Shown here: positions 1 through 11,090 of the stretch, piece by piece
Position numbering within the stretch: position 1 is the stretch's first letter
How the letters are laid out: each line of letters opens with the position of its first letter
Source: a virus
Lineage: Duplodnaviria; Caudoviricetes
Virus record (IMG/VR): IMGVR_UViG_3300028549_000507
Coordinates: 32,001 to 96,000 of that record
Strand: one strand, 5' to 3'
Length of the DNA stretch: 64,000 bases
Position numbers and translations under genes: made by a program
The notes under the pieces: generated by a model
What the model was told of the DNA's origin: nothing
Seen by the model: the letters and a program-made list of their open reading frames with translations, nothing else
Database searches by the model: none

Positions 1-2793
1 ATTCTCACTAATATTCATTATCATTTCGATAAACGATATAGATTTTTCATTAGATCTATCTCTAATGTATTTCACTATATTATACTTTATAACACTTTCG
101 ATAGAACTCTCATCGACACCAGATTCGTATTTTACACCAATCTTAAAACTCAATGCAAGTCTATCTAGAGGTTTCTTAGTATTTTCAATTCTATCAATAT
201 AATAGAAGTTATTATTACTAACAGTATTCATAAGACCGAACTTAAACGATACTCCGGATGGAGCAAAGTTTTGTAAAGATTCAATCTCATTCATAGTACT
301 CTTTATAGAATCTATCGTATCAATGTAACTTGATCCAATAGAATGAATTCTGTCAACGAGAGGTGTATCTGTTATAACTAATGTATTTGTAGTCAGGTCA
401 GTTATTTCATAAATAGGAAGTCCATTTTTATCAAACATCAGGTTGCCTATTGTTATAAGATTTCCGAAGATATCTCTCTCTTCTATAACCTTACGACTTA
501 CAGTAACACCATTTATAGTCACATCTTCCATAACAAATTCACCAGTAACAGGATCCTTCTTATAAGTATTATATTTATATGTTTTTTGAATTCTCGAAGA
601 AGACTTCGCGAATATATCAACATTTGGTTTAATACTGTCTGTTATATCTTTGAAAAGTTCGATATTACTAATGCTGTGTGAAGAAGATAAGAAATTAAAT
701 CTAGATTCAATGCCATCATCGCCGTAACTTTTGTTTACGATATTCGCATATGTATTTTGATACTTAATTCCATCTTGGTCAATACTACCAGTTCCGACTA
801 TAGAAGTGTAAATTGTTGCAGTAACACTTCGTCTAATTCGTTTACTGTTATCAAAATCGTCAATAGAATACACATCATCCTCTAGAATAGTTATACTATC
901 ATCCAAGATATTGTGGTCAGTTCTAATTGACGCATGTATTGTGAGCATATTCATAGCACGAAAGTTCGGATCTGAGTATACTTTAATACTATTCTTTTTA
1001 ACTATAAACGTTTTACCACCAACTTCAGTAAGTGCAATGGTACTTCTGAAGAACGATTCTGACCCAAGGACTTCATCAGTTGCAAGATCAACATTGTCAT
1101 AATTACTTCCAACAATATTATCAAATAGAAGTTCGCTAACTTGCATATTGAATTCGATATTGAATTTTCCAATATATAATTCATCATCCATAGGATTCTT
1201 GAAGAGTGTACAGTTATCAATAGCAACTACTGATGGAGAATTTAAGTTAAAGTGATTAAACTCTACTTTTCTATTCTCATTAATAGATACATCATATACT
1301 CTACAATCGATAACCTTTACAAGATTGATTATCATATAATATGGAAATCTAAAATCTCTATCAGAATACAGAGAACTCAATGAATTATATATTGGAATAT
1401 AACTATCATCTTCAACGATAATTTCGTTTGGTACAAATCGTTTAGTATCAGTATTCATTTTAAATATATCTCTAGGAGAAACCACGATCATATCGTCAGA
1501 ATTCTGCACGTACGGGATCTCTATAGTCCCAGAAATAGTATTCAGAATAATATTATTTGTAACAATCTTACTACTCATCTTGAAATATATACTAAGGATA
1601 TCAGATCGTTCTTTCAACAATCTCATACCTTTTTCATTTGCAATATTTGCCAATTCCGTAATTGTAAGATTCTTAGAATCACTCTTTTTGGTTACAATAT
1701 TTCGCAATTCTTCGATAGTCATATCGCTAACACCACCGATAGACTCAGGACCATTAATAGATAACAGTGGAGTCATTCTTTTGATATTAGTTTGATAAGG
1801 GTTATCGTCAGAACTTATAATAATATCTCGTATAGGCGGAATATCATTATTCCAGTCCCGAATATAGAAATTGCCTTTAGAACCAAAAGTTTCATACGTA
1901 ACTATTAGTACAGACGAACCTTGTTCTGGGGAGAAGCTATTATTTGCTCGACTAAATCTAACATCTACAAACTTCTCACCATTATTTCTTTCAACAATTT
2001 CGTAACCGTAACCATCTTTATTCAATACTCCGATAGGTCTACCAGTAAGTAATCTATAGGTATCCTTATCGGTTGATTTATAGAATACCTCAAATGCATA
2101 CAGATTAGTTGTATATGGTACTCTAAACTCATATTTATTTATAGATGTATTGATACTAGTTATTTCACGAAATTTTCTAGAATACTGTTTCATTTCTAGA
2201 ATCATAATGAAATAATTATCACCATCTATATTTTGAGTAAACGATTTTATAAATGGATTGTTTATAATACGAGTTATTTCGCTACCATCATTTGTGTATT
2301 TTGCAAAATACGTTTTCCCATCGACACCATTGTCTCTAACATAAATATCAATATCATTATCAAATGTAAATGGCGGATAATCCGCAACAACCATCAGTGT
2401 ATTTTTGTTAACAGTTATTTTTCTAAGAATAGAAGAACCATCTACACTATATGCAAAGTTATCGATATCTGAAAGTTTGAACCCTATACTGAATCCCATG
2501 CTAGCTGGTTTCCCGAAGATACCAACAATCTCATCAGAGTTAAGGTATCTTACAAGAGAACTCTTCAGCTTTGCTGTATTTTTAAGAGCTTCTTGTTTAA
2601 TCATCATCATTTCGAAGAAGTTCATTGATACCATAGAACCAATTTCATCAAATAAAATATTCAATGACGAAGTCGGAGAGTCCGACAATTGTTCATCTAC
2701 ACCAAGGGCATTTCTTTCGATATGTTTTAATAAGTAATTTATAGTACCTTGTGTACTTTTAATTTCACTTATTGGTTTTTCTGGAAATCCCAT
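1..2793 (-). CDS. Baseplate wedge-like virion protein (partial, runs off window start)
   Basis: Not in the ORF track (no stop before the window edge). Manual translation from ATG 2793: MGFPEKPISEIKSTQG...EALKNTAKLKSSLVRY...VTYETFGSKGNF. These segments resemble T4 gp6/baseplate-J-type motifs; I read about the first 300 codons as open. Confidence 0.6.
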   Translation of the reverse strand, partial: MGFPEKPISEIKSTQGTINYLLKHIERNALGVDEQLSDSPTSSLNILFDEIGSMVSMNFFEMMMIKQEALKNTAKLKSSLVRYLNSDEIVGIFGKPASMGFSIGFKLSDIDNFAYSVDGSSILRKITVNKNTLMVVADYPPFTFDNDIDIYVRDNGVDGKTYFAKYTNDGSEITRIINNPFIKSFTQNIDGDNYFIMILEMKQYSRKFREITSINTSINKYEFRVPYTTNLYAFEVFYKSTDKDTYRLLTGRPIGVLNKDGYGYEIVERNNGEKFVDVRFSRANNSFSPEQGSSVLIVTYETFGSKGNFYIRDWNNDIPPIRDIIISSDDNPYQTNIKRMTPLLSINGPESIGGVSDMTIEELRNIVTKKSDSKNLTITELANIANEKGMRLLKERSDILSIYFKMSSKIVTNNIILNTISGTIEIPYVQNSDDMIVVSPRDIFKMNTDTKRFVPNEIIVEDDSYIPIYNSLSSLYSDRDFRFPYYMIINLVKVIDCRVYDVSINENRKVEFNHFNLNSPSVVAIDNCTLFKNPMDDELYIGKFNIEFNMQVSELLFDNIVGSNYDNVDLATDEVLGSESFFRSTIALTEVGGKTFIVKKNSIKVYSDPNFRAMNMLTIHASIRTDHNILDDSITILEDDVYSIDDFDNSKRIRRSVTATIYTSIVGTGSIDQDGIKYQNTYANIVNKSYGDDGIESRFNFLSSSHSISNIELFKDITDSIKPNVDIFAKSSSRIQKTYKYNTYKKDPVTGEFVMEDVTINGVTVSRKVIEERDIFGNLITIGNLMFDKNGLPIYEITDLTTNTLVITDTPLVDRIHSIGSSYIDTIDSIKSTMNEIESLQNFAPSGVSFKFGLMNTVSNNNFYYIDRIENTKKPLDRLALSFKIGVKYESGVDESSIESVIKYNIVKYIRDRSNEKSISFIEMIMNISEN

Positions 2794-2803
2794 TTAAAGA
2801 CCC

Positions 2804-4135
2804 CTATACAAAAATAAGTTTATTTCCTACTATTATCGGACATTTAGCCCATACTTCACCACTATCATCACCATCATTATTTCTAACAGTAGTACTCTTG
2901 AATAATTTTTCAGGAGTAGTTCCTGGAGTTAGTGATATAGTCGTTAGTTCCTTAGCCAATTTTGCTATAGAATGAGGACTACATTCATCAACTGCAACAG
3001 TTTTATCTATTGTATTATTTGTTAATGCCATAGGTAAATTTAACTCGTTGAAATCTATAAATACTCTTGGTTCCATAGGTTCATAAAAATTGAACTTATA
3101 AGATATGCTTATATCGTCTAATTCATCCAATTTTATTTCTTTAGAATGATTCAATGTATTTAAAGGTATTCCAACCGGATAACATCCTGTCCACTTAGCC
3201 CATCTTATGATTGTCATATTATCATCGGCAAGTTTAAATGAATATATAGATATCGTATAATCGATTACTCTATGAGCTAGATATAAATACTTTGGCCAAT
3301 AATATCCTTTTGATACGTCATGGATATATTTTACCCAAGTTAAATGTTTAAGGAATATTGGAGATAATGTTGTGTCATAGAATGTAGCAGTCAATTCCCC
3401 AGCACTATCATAACCATCTGCACCAGCGGCATATGATAATGTGTGTCCTGAAAAGTCGCTATATTCCTCATATGAGTCCAACATAATATCCTTGGCACCA
3501 GTCAAATCTTTACATGCATTGGACATCAATGGATCGAATGCTGATTTGGTTTTAAATTTTTCATCAAGTTTTACTTTGAAATTATCTGATCCAACCGCAC
3601 TATTACTTACTCCCGGATATTGTAAGTACTCGCCAACAAATTGTCCGATTTCACTACTTAAAAGCCAAGTCAAATATCCATTTTGCGTAACGTCATCTTT
3701 AAGTAAATTTAAATCAGGTCTTGTGAAAAACACATAAGAATTTCCGGGACGAGCCGGATCCAAATTTAATATATCCATAGATTTTCTAAAGTGCGTACCG
3801 TATGCTTGTAATGGATTTGAAAAGTTAATACCAATACTATCCAGAGCTTGAGCATACAATTCTTCAATGTCAAGGATCAGAGCTTTATCATCACTAAAAT
3901 TCCCACCAACACCTTTCCCACCATTCGCAGTGGAAAACATATTAGATTCCCCAGCGGGTTTAGATGTGGTTAAACTCTCCAAAACTGTATGAGCGATACT
4001 TGGGTCAGTAGGTAAGCTCGTACTGGCGCCTTTATTTTCCTCATATTTTAAAGGATCTATTTCCATAATGTAAGTCGCCCTCTCGAAATTAACATTAATT
4101 AGTGTTGTTATATCAATATAATGTTGTCGCTCCAA
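2804..4135 (-). CDS. Tail-tube-fold virion protein (T4 gp19/gp54-like)
   Basis: YVFFTRPDLN and WAKWTGCYPVGIP motifs typical of jumbo-phage tube-like proteins; adjacent to the baseplate gene. Confidence 0.6.
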   Translation of the reverse strand: MERQHYIDITTLINVNFERATYIMEIDPLKYEENKGASTSLPTDPSIAHTVLESLTTSKPAGESNMFSTANGGKGVGGNFSDDKALILDIEELYAQALDSIGINFSNPLQAYGTHFRKSMDILNLDPARPGNSYVFFTRPDLNLLKDDVTQNGYLTWLLSSEIGQFVGEYLQYPGVSNSAVGSDNFKVKLDEKFKTKSAFDPLMSNACKDLTGAKDIMLDSYEEYSDFSGHTLSYAAGADGYDSAGELTATFYDTTLSPIFLKHLTWVKYIHDVSKGYYWPKYLYLAHRVIDYTISIYSFKLADDNMTIIRWAKWTGCYPVGIPLNTLNHSKEIKLDELDDISISYKFNFYEPMEPRVFIDFNELNLPMALTNNTIDKTVAVDECSPHSIAKLAKELTTISLTPGTTPEKLFKSTTVRNNDGDDSGEVWAKCPIIVGNKLIFV

Positions 4136-4148
4136 TTAAAAGCTAAAG

Positions 4149-4160
4149 AACACTATAATG
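4149..4160 (+). promoter_or_regulatory. Late-type promoter AACA-N6-TG
   Basis: AACACTATAATG upstream of the head cluster. Confidence 0.65.
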
Positions 4161-4201
4161 TAAGCACTAGTTGGTATATATTTTTTAAAGAGAGTTGTTA
4201 A

Positions 4202-5389
4202 ATGGGAATATTTTTCGATATTGCTACTCAACTTATCGGGAAATCCATAAAGGATGAGGGAAGTAGCCTAGGTCAAGGCGTTCTCAATAACTTCGGTAAG
4301 ATGAATGCCATAACTAAAATGGCAAAAGATGCTGTACACACATACCCTGTAATCTTCTCAGAAGCAGTAGTTGCAAACGATGAAGATCTTATGTTTGCTA
4401 TATGTAAAAAACTCGAAGTACAGTATGCTGTATGTACAATGATTTCATTGGGACTAGATCCCATTTTTGAAGGAAATAGTGCAAAAGATCATCTCTTAAA
4501 AGTATATTCTGAAGAGGATGCTGAGCTTATTACTGATCCTGAATCGGTTCCAAATTCTGAAATCAGCTTATCTGATGGAAATTGTCCTTCTAGTTTGAAA
4601 AACTCAGATGATTTGAAACCTTATGCTGAAGAATCATTTGGTTCAAATAAGCCTGCAAATCCGAAACCTGCCGAAGATTCTAAGAATCTTCAATATTCTT
4701 CAAGCAAAATGGATTCACTAGCTAAAAAGGCTAGAGATAGTGATCCTACAATTGTTAATGTTAAGCTCAAAATGGCTGCAAATAAGCATGAAGTAGAGTT
4801 CCCATTGGCAATTAAAGCTGTAGCTCGATTCATTAGTGGTGAAGAATCGCAGAGAATATTTTCTTATTTGCGTGACGACAAACCAATGGTTCAGATAATT
4901 AAATTCCTTAGCGGAGAAGTACGTCTGTTCCGGGATATTATATTTCAGCTTGATAGAGCTAAAAAAGATAAAGAACTTTATTCTAAACTCGGAAGACATC
5001 CTTGGTTTAGAGCTATGATTGAACGTAGAACTAAACGTAAAGTTAACGGATTGCTTCAACTCACTGGAGTTATGAGTGATTTTCTTCTTGGAAAGAACCC
5101 AGATATTCTTCCATTGTGTAGTCTAATCGTTACTAAAGATGAAATTGAATCAGGATTTTCTAATCTCTGGGCAAACATCAAGAAAAGTGACGATAATATT
5201 ATGGATAAACTCATGCTTCTCGGACTTGTAGTTGTCGATACTACGACTAGAATCGTAGAATTTGATTACTATGGATTCAAGAATAATGAACTGATACGTG
5301 CGGATGACCTTATCAAAGATATGGGTAAATCCGGTAAAGATGGTAAGGATCTTGAAAAATTATTAAATTCACTTATTTATAAGGTTTGA
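4202..5389 (+). CDS. Putative virion (head) structural protein
   Basis: 395 aa, first gene of the late-promoter cluster, contains S/A-x-E motifs. Confidence 0.5.
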   Translation: MGIFFDIATQLIGKSIKDEGSSLGQGVLNNFGKMNAITKMAKDAVHTYPVIFSEAVVANDEDLMFAICKKLEVQYAVCTMISLGLDPIFEGNSAKDHLLKVYSEEDAELITDPESVPNSEISLSDGNCPSSLKNSDDLKPYAEESFGSNKPANPKPAEDSKNLQYSSSKMDSLAKKARDSDPTIVNVKLKMAANKHEVEFPLAIKAVARFISGEESQRIFSYLRDDKPMVQIIKFLSGEVRLFRDIIFQLDRAKKDKELYSKLGRHPWFRAMIERRTKRKVNGLLQLTGVMSDFLLGKNPDILPLCSLIVTKDEIESGFSNLWANIKKSDDNIMDKLMLLGLVVVDTTTRIVEFDYYGFKNNELIRADDLIKDMGKSGKDGKDLEKLLNSLIYKV

Positions 5390-5401
5390 TGAGAGGATAT
5401 C

Positions 5402-6610
5402 ATGAAATTTCTAAATAATTCTAAGAGTGCTATTGGTCGGCACATTGCTCCCGTTATGCATAAAATTAACGGTGGAATAGCAATGTTCAAAGGCGATGTG
5501 CAGAAATCAATTGACTCAGAATTTAAATCATTCGAAGTTAATAATACTGATAAGGCGTTTAAACCATCTATACAAACGTCGATATTTACTGGGATAACAA
5601 GTAATGTTATCCTCAGAAAATATACAGAATTACGCGGACCTTCAAAAAAGTACCTTACTGAAATTGAAGATACTGAAGGCGTGTATTCTAAAAGAGATTC
5701 GCGTGTTAGAAAATCTGTAGATGATATGTATACTCTTATTAGTAAGAATTATAAATTATCTAAAGGTACCAGTGAACAACATACCGTTTATGATTTGTAT
5801 ATTAGAGCATGTAAAATCCTTAATGATAAAAAATGGGCTGATACATTCTCTACATCATTCAAACTTCATAAAAAAGGTTATAAATCTCCTGCAATGTACT
5901 ATTTCATGTATACAGGTTTGGTGTATACCGTTGAAATTCTCACATTGATTCTTAGAGAATATTCTGAGATGATATCTTCGGGAAATCTGAACATATCTAC
6001 GGGAGTAATTAGTAATATCATTTCTAAGTATCCAACTTTCTCTAATGCGGCTTTAACTAATTGTGTTAAAATTGTTTGTTTCTGTGAATCTATTAAGGAT
6101 CCAAAGCAAAGTTTGAACAATATTACTAAAGCTGAAAAAGGTTCTAATGCCGAGGAAGATTACTCAATCTCTACAGAGAATAGTAATCTTTACTCTACGG
6201 AATTTGCGGCTGGGGCATTTATTGCTGTAGGTGCTGGAGTTATTGGTATTGTAGCTGTGATACATGCTATTAGATACGTGATCTATGCATTCTCATGCAC
6301 TATGGTTGATGTATCTAAATCTCTCGTTGAACAATCTTATACTCTTCTTGTAAACATCGAATCTCTTGAAAGAAAACTTAAAACTCTTCCTTCAAATTCA
6401 AGTGAATACAAGTCTTTGGAAAAGGTTATCGAAAGACAGAAATACTATACTGAAAAGTTAGTAGAAGTTTCTCAAAAACTCTCTGGAGATGATTTTAAGA
6501 GTGTTGATGAAGTTCGTAAACAAGAATATCAAGATGCCGAAATTATTAATGATGAAGTAGAAGAGAGTGAAAACTCTGGTTCTGCTGATGATGGCGGATT
6601 CGATATCTAA
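5402..6610 (+). CDS. Putative virion structural protein
   Basis: 402 aa; AEEDYSISTE..YSTE followed by a hydrophobic segment and a coiled-coil tail. Confidence 0.5.
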   Translation: MKFLNNSKSAIGRHIAPVMHKINGGIAMFKGDVQKSIDSEFKSFEVNNTDKAFKPSIQTSIFTGITSNVILRKYTELRGPSKKYLTEIEDTEGVYSKRDSRVRKSVDDMYTLISKNYKLSKGTSEQHTVYDLYIRACKILNDKKWADTFSTSFKLHKKGYKSPAMYYFMYTGLVYTVEILTLILREYSEMISSGNLNISTGVISNIISKYPTFSNAALTNCVKIVCFCESIKDPKQSLNNITKAEKGSNAEEDYSISTENSNLYSTEFAAGAFIAVGAGVIGIVAVIHAIRYVIYAFSCTMVDVSKSLVEQSYTLLVNIESLERKLKTLPSNSSEYKSLEKVIERQKYYTEKLVEVSQKLSGDDFKSVDEVRKQEYQDAEIINDEVEESENSGSADDGGFDI

Positions 6611-6624
6611 TAAGAAAAAAAAAC

Positions 6625-6636
6625 AACATATTAATG
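6625..6636 (+). promoter_or_regulatory. Late-type promoter AACA-N6-TG
   Basis: AACATATTAATG. Confidence 0.65.
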
Positions 6637-6745
6637 TGAATTAAATGTATTTTAACTGTTTTATGAGATGAATTATATCTAGCAACTTTGACAGGTTTAT
6701 AGCTGTATGATTCGTCCAATACAAAACCTATTTTGGAGGAATATT

Positions 6746-7831
6746 ATGTTTGATACTTCAATTGAAAGTATGCTTGGAGACCTTTTCGGTACAAGTTCTA
6801 AACATTCGATGGGAATTGAATCTTCATTGTTCATGGGTATCGAATCCGATGATGGTGATGAAGATGATAAAAAAGGTGAACCTACCGTAATCGAGGGTAC
6901 AGATAAAACTGTCGATCTCGAGGAAGATAAATCAGTCATTAAAGATGCTGAAGATGACGAAGAAAACCTTCCTACTGATGCAGAAGGAAAACCTACTGAT
7001 GCAGTAGATCCTACTCTTACAGATAAAACTGAAGAAGTAACTGGCGAATGTTATAGACTCTCTGCTGAGTGTGCTGTAATGAATGTTGCTATGTTTGCTG
7101 CTGAACACTTTCAGTCTACCGAAGGTGAAGGCTGGGACAAGTTCAAAGCTACTATGAAGAAAATCTGGATCAAAGTAAGAGATTTCGCTCTTACAATCCT
7201 TCGTAGAATCAATCTTCTCATCGCTGGCGACCTTAAGGGTTATCAGAAATGGGCTGCGGCTAATAATTATCAGGGTTTCTATGGTAGTTCTAAAGCTACT
7301 GTTAACGCTAAAGTTCCTGTTACAACTTTCTCAAAAGTTGAAGAAGCTATTAATGCTATTTCTGGCACATATAATGGGTGTGTAGATCTTGCTAAAGAAG
7401 CTCTTTCTACTGGTAAATCTACTTGGAAAGATGAAATCGATAAAGAATTTGCTGGAGTAGCTATTGATACTCTTACAAAACTGTATTATGGTGAAAAACC
7501 TACTACTAAAGCGGTTACTCCTGCAGAATTCAAATCTGCATCTGGTTTTGGTTGGGATGATTTGAAAAATCCTAATCTTAAAGGTATGATTGTTTCTGCA
7601 ACCAATGCTGTTAAAGGTACCAAAATCCTTCTTGCCGGTGTAGATCGTGCAAAAGAGATGGATGCTGATGCAAAAGCAGTTGTCAGAAAAACTTCTACTT
7701 ATGGAACAGCTTATGTTAATGCAACATTCTGGGCTATGAATCAGAAACTTTCTGGTATCCGCACTGTTCGTGCTCTCGCTGGTAAAGTTGTTGGAGAAAG
7801 TACTAAGAAAAAAGCTAAAGATAAGAAATAA
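6746..7831 (+). CDS. Internal head protein, paralogue A (phiKZ gp93-like family)
   Basis: Start moved to ATG 6746 behind GGAGGA. Acidic N-terminal region with many S/G-x-E sites, then STEGEGWDKFKATMKKIW. Confidence 0.65.
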   Translation: MFDTSIESMLGDLFGTSSKHSMGIESSLFMGIESDDGDEDDKKGEPTVIEGTDKTVDLEEDKSVIKDAEDDEENLPTDAEGKPTDAVDPTLTDKTEEVTGECYRLSAECAVMNVAMFAAEHFQSTEGEGWDKFKATMKKIWIKVRDFALTILRRINLLIAGDLKGYQKWAAANNYQGFYGSSKATVNAKVPVTTFSKVEEAINAISGTYNGCVDLAKEALSTGKSTWKDEIDKEFAGVAIDTLTKLYYGEKPTTKAVTPAEFKSASGFGWDDLKNPNLKGMIVSATNAVKGTKILLAGVDRAKEMDADAKAVVRKTSTYGTAYVNATFWAMNQKLSGIRTVRALAGKVVGESTKKKAKDKK

Positions 7832-7932
7832 TCTTATCTCCTTTTCTATTAGATATAATAAATTAAAGGAATGATGCTTACGGCATCATTCCTTTTTACT
7901 TTATTTTTGTTAAAACGAATAGGAATATATAT

Positions 7933-9189
7933 ATGAGTAGAACTGCCCTTGAAAGTATGATTGGTGACATCTTTGGAGATAGAAAATATAGTATCTCTTT
8001 CGAAGATATAAACACCTCTACAGGAGATGAAATTGATACAGATAGTACTGATGAAGAAGTGATGCAAATTGCTCAGGATGCTGAAGTTACTATCGACGAA
8101 ATCAAACAAGAACAAGAAAACGCTCCAGAACCTACTGATGATGGTGAAGGTGGTGTTGTAGGAATTGATACTGACCCAAGTGCAATTGAGAAGATCGCAA
8201 CGGACGATGCACTTGAATCAATGCATATATATCTCAGAGAGACTCTAGAGGCTCAAATCCTTCTTAGAGCTGTTGAGAAATTTGTATGGTCTGTTGAATC
8301 TGATGAAGAGGATGAAGAAATAGATACAACTCTATCTAATGGTGAATCTTATAATATTTCAACGGAATCCAAAGAAGCTTCTAAAAATACCGTTAAAGAA
8401 GGTTTCTGGACTAAATTTTGGGATGCTATTAAACGTATCTATGAAAAAATTAGACTTGTTGTAACAAACTTCTTTAAACGTATTGGAATTTTTCTAGCCG
8501 GTAGTATGAAGAAATATTCGGAATGGTATAATGTTGAAGGTTCTAAGTATGAATCTGCAATTGTTAAAAGTGATGTTACAAGAAAAATTATTCTTCCATC
8601 TGTAAATTTCTCAACATATGAGAAATCTGTGAAGGCCGATGTAGTTTCAGCATTGACAAAAGTTGATAAAGCTACAGTAGAACTTGAAAAGGCATCTACT
8701 AAATCTACAAAATTATTTGGACTTATTAAAGTCGCTGACTATGCAAAATATGCAGATGAATGTCGTGCAGCTTCTGATAAGATTACAGTTGAAACTCTTC
8801 GTACTAACCTTTACGGTAAAAATACAAAAGCTACAACTGTAACTGCTAAAGAGTTCTTTGCAAAATTTGAGTTTAAACAACTCAAGTCATCTGAAGCTGT
8901 TAAAGAATATTATAATAAGAGTAAAGAGCTTGTAGCAACAGCTTCTAAAAACATTAAAAATGCAATGAAAGCTAAAGCTGTCAAAGAATCTGATGTTAGA
9001 AGAGCTCTAAAGATAACTGCTTCAGGTCTTCAGGTAGCTCTTAATAATACTACTACAGGGTTAATTTGGCTCACCACTGACCATATTAAACTTCTTAACA
9101 TTTCTCTACAGTATGGTAGAAAAGTTGTAAAGAATCTCTCTGGTGAGAATAAACTCCAGGTCAACGTTAAGCATAAAATTGGTGGTTGA
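7933..9189 (+). CDS. Internal head protein, paralogue B (phiKZ gp93-like family)
   Basis: Aligns by eye with paralogue A along its length (ESMIGDIFG, EGFWTKFWDAIKRIY, LYGKNTKATTVTAKEF). Confidence 0.65.
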   Translation: MSRTALESMIGDIFGDRKYSISFEDINTSTGDEIDTDSTDEEVMQIAQDAEVTIDEIKQEQENAPEPTDDGEGGVVGIDTDPSAIEKIATDDALESMHIYLRETLEAQILLRAVEKFVWSVESDEEDEEIDTTLSNGESYNISTESKEASKNTVKEGFWTKFWDAIKRIYEKIRLVVTNFFKRIGIFLAGSMKKYSEWYNVEGSKYESAIVKSDVTRKIILPSVNFSTYEKSVKADVVSALTKVDKATVELEKASTKSTKLFGLIKVADYAKYADECRAASDKITVETLRTNLYGKNTKATTVTAKEFFAKFEFKQLKSSEAVKEYYNKSKELVATASKNIKNAMKAKAVKESDVRRALKITASGLQVALNNTTTGLIWLTTDHIKLLNISLQYGRKVVKNLSGENKLQVNVKHKIGG

Positions 9190-9234
9190 TTTACATTAAA
9201 TTAATGTAGGGATTTACTTCCCTACATTAATTTA

Positions 9235-9246
9235 AACATCTTATTG
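9235..9246 (+). promoter_or_regulatory. Late-type promoter AACA-N6-TG
   Basis: AACATCTTATTG. Confidence 0.6.
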
Positions 9247-9277
9247 GTAATAAAATTAGACTAATGGAGTTAAATAT

Positions 9278-11053
9278 ATGGACACCAAAGAACTGATTGT
9301 TGAATTTTCAGAATTCATAGAGACTAGTTATGATGATATTGAGAGAGAATTATCTCTTATATCAAATTCCAATAAGAGCTTTGATAATTCAGATGCGCCT
9401 CTCAATTATAAACAAACAAACATGGAACCCGCAACTGTCAAAGATGCCATAGATACTATGATTAAAACTGGAGATGATTCCAAGTTTATAGATATGGTGA
9501 GTGATAAGTTTGTAGTTATGGTAAATAAACCTATTAAAGAAATCTTTGTTGATATGTCGAAGATTATTCACAGTTTCAATGATATAATATTGTCACATAA
9601 TGATATGGGAGACAAATCTACATTTGTTAATTTCAACAATTATGTCGGAGCTGTTAGACATAACTTAGAATTACTTCTATTAAGCAATGGTTCTAATGTC
9701 TCTATTGAAGGTTTTAATGTCGATAATTATGTAACTCATAACTCGAATACCCCATCATATGAGTCGGATATGTATTTATCTGTTGAAGCTGATGAGGTTA
9801 AACGTGAGGAAAATGAAAAAAATAACATTGAAGCTGCTAGAAACGCTATAAAGGCTGTGGGTAAGAAGTCTCTTAAAATTCGCAATGCTATCAATCAGGG
9901 TAAGATTAATCTTAATAACTTTATTGATAAGATGAATTTAATTAGAACAGCGTTTTATAATAAACATATGGGTAAGATTGATCATATATTTGAAAATTAT
10001 GGAAGTTCCGCTGTCATAAATGAAAATGAAGTATCGATGGATCCTGTTCAAGCTTTATTTCATAAGTGTGGACCATACCTAGCTAAACTTATAGATGATG
10101 TTATTCAGATATATAAGGACTATAACCTATTTATGGATAAGTGTTTCAACTTTAAATCATATGAAGAGATAATAGTTGAAGCTAATAAATATATTAAATT
10201 CGAAGATGTCAAGTTAGAAAATGAAGCAAAACCGTCAGATGTTAAAAAAGCACTGCTTAAGGATCTTAGATTCAAAGTTGCGACAGCGTTACTGACAGAT
10301 AATAAGGTATATGGTCATACTATAAAAAGTATAGTTGAGCAGAAATATCCTCCTATACACCATGTTATGGTATCATTATTTGTACCAAGACCGCATGAGA
10401 AACCTGTAGATATGGCTGTGAGTGATGTATTCTCTAAAGCAGAATCATTTCATCTTATGGGTAATAAAATGAAAGATGTTGTAAAACAGGCATCTTCTAT
10501 AGTTTCATCTAGAATATCCAGTATTAATATTGAGACCGACTTCAAGAAGGTTGTTGAGAGATTTGATAGATTCTCGAAAGTATCTAAAGCAAATCTTAAA
10601 GATCCGATACTTGGTGTTAGTAAAACTATGAATGATGGTGGTAAAGGGGAGATTGATAATAGAAGAAATGATCTTAAGAAAAGATTAGAAGTTCTTAGAG
10701 ATTTTGGTAATATTATCGAAACATTCATACCTATATTCACATATGTATCTGATGCCGGTGTTGTAATGTATGATATTGCTGTTAGAATAGATCATACGTG
10801 TCAAGATGCTGTAAAAGCATTATTGAACGCCGAATCCGCTAAGACAGACAATAGTTCCTCGTATAAAACTGGAGCTTCTAAAGTTAGAGATTCTGAGTAT
10901 AAAACTAGTGCGAATCCTAATCCTAAGAAATTGGATAAACGTTCTGATTTTGAAAAGAGAAGAGATGATCTTATGGCTGAAGGTAGACGTGATAATGGCG
11001 ATAGCGTTACACAGTTTAAACTCAGTGGGATAAACTCTGTTCTGCGTAGATAA
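9278..11053 (+). CDS. Putative virion (head) protein
   Basis: 591 aa, late promoter, SIE/SYE/SVE cluster near residues 140-170. Confidence 0.5.
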   Translation: MDTKELIVEFSEFIETSYDDIERELSLISNSNKSFDNSDAPLNYKQTNMEPATVKDAIDTMIKTGDDSKFIDMVSDKFVVMVNKPIKEIFVDMSKIIHSFNDIILSHNDMGDKSTFVNFNNYVGAVRHNLELLLLSNGSNVSIEGFNVDNYVTHNSNTPSYESDMYLSVEADEVKREENEKNNIEAARNAIKAVGKKSLKIRNAINQGKINLNNFIDKMNLIRTAFYNKHMGKIDHIFENYGSSAVINENEVSMDPVQALFHKCGPYLAKLIDDVIQIYKDYNLFMDKCFNFKSYEEIIVEANKYIKFEDVKLENEAKPSDVKKALLKDLRFKVATALLTDNKVYGHTIKSIVEQKYPPIHHVMVSLFVPRPHEKPVDMAVSDVFSKAESFHLMGNKMKDVVKQASSIVSSRISSINIETDFKKVVERFDRFSKVSKANLKDPILGVSKTMNDGGKGEIDNRRNDLKKRLEVLRDFGNIIETFIPIFTYVSDAGVVMYDIAVRIDHTCQDAVKALLNAESAKTDNSSSYKTGASKVRDSEYKTSANPNPKKLDKRSDFEKRRDDLMAEGRRDNGDSVTQFKLSGINSVLRR

Positions 11054-11087
11054 AAAAAAAAGAAGGATAGCTATAGCTATCCTTCTT
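11052..11087. terminator. Bidirectional intrinsic terminator
   Basis: A10-AAGAAGGATAGC-tata-GCTATCCTTCTT between convergent genes. Confidence 0.75.
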
Positions 11088-11090
11088 TAG

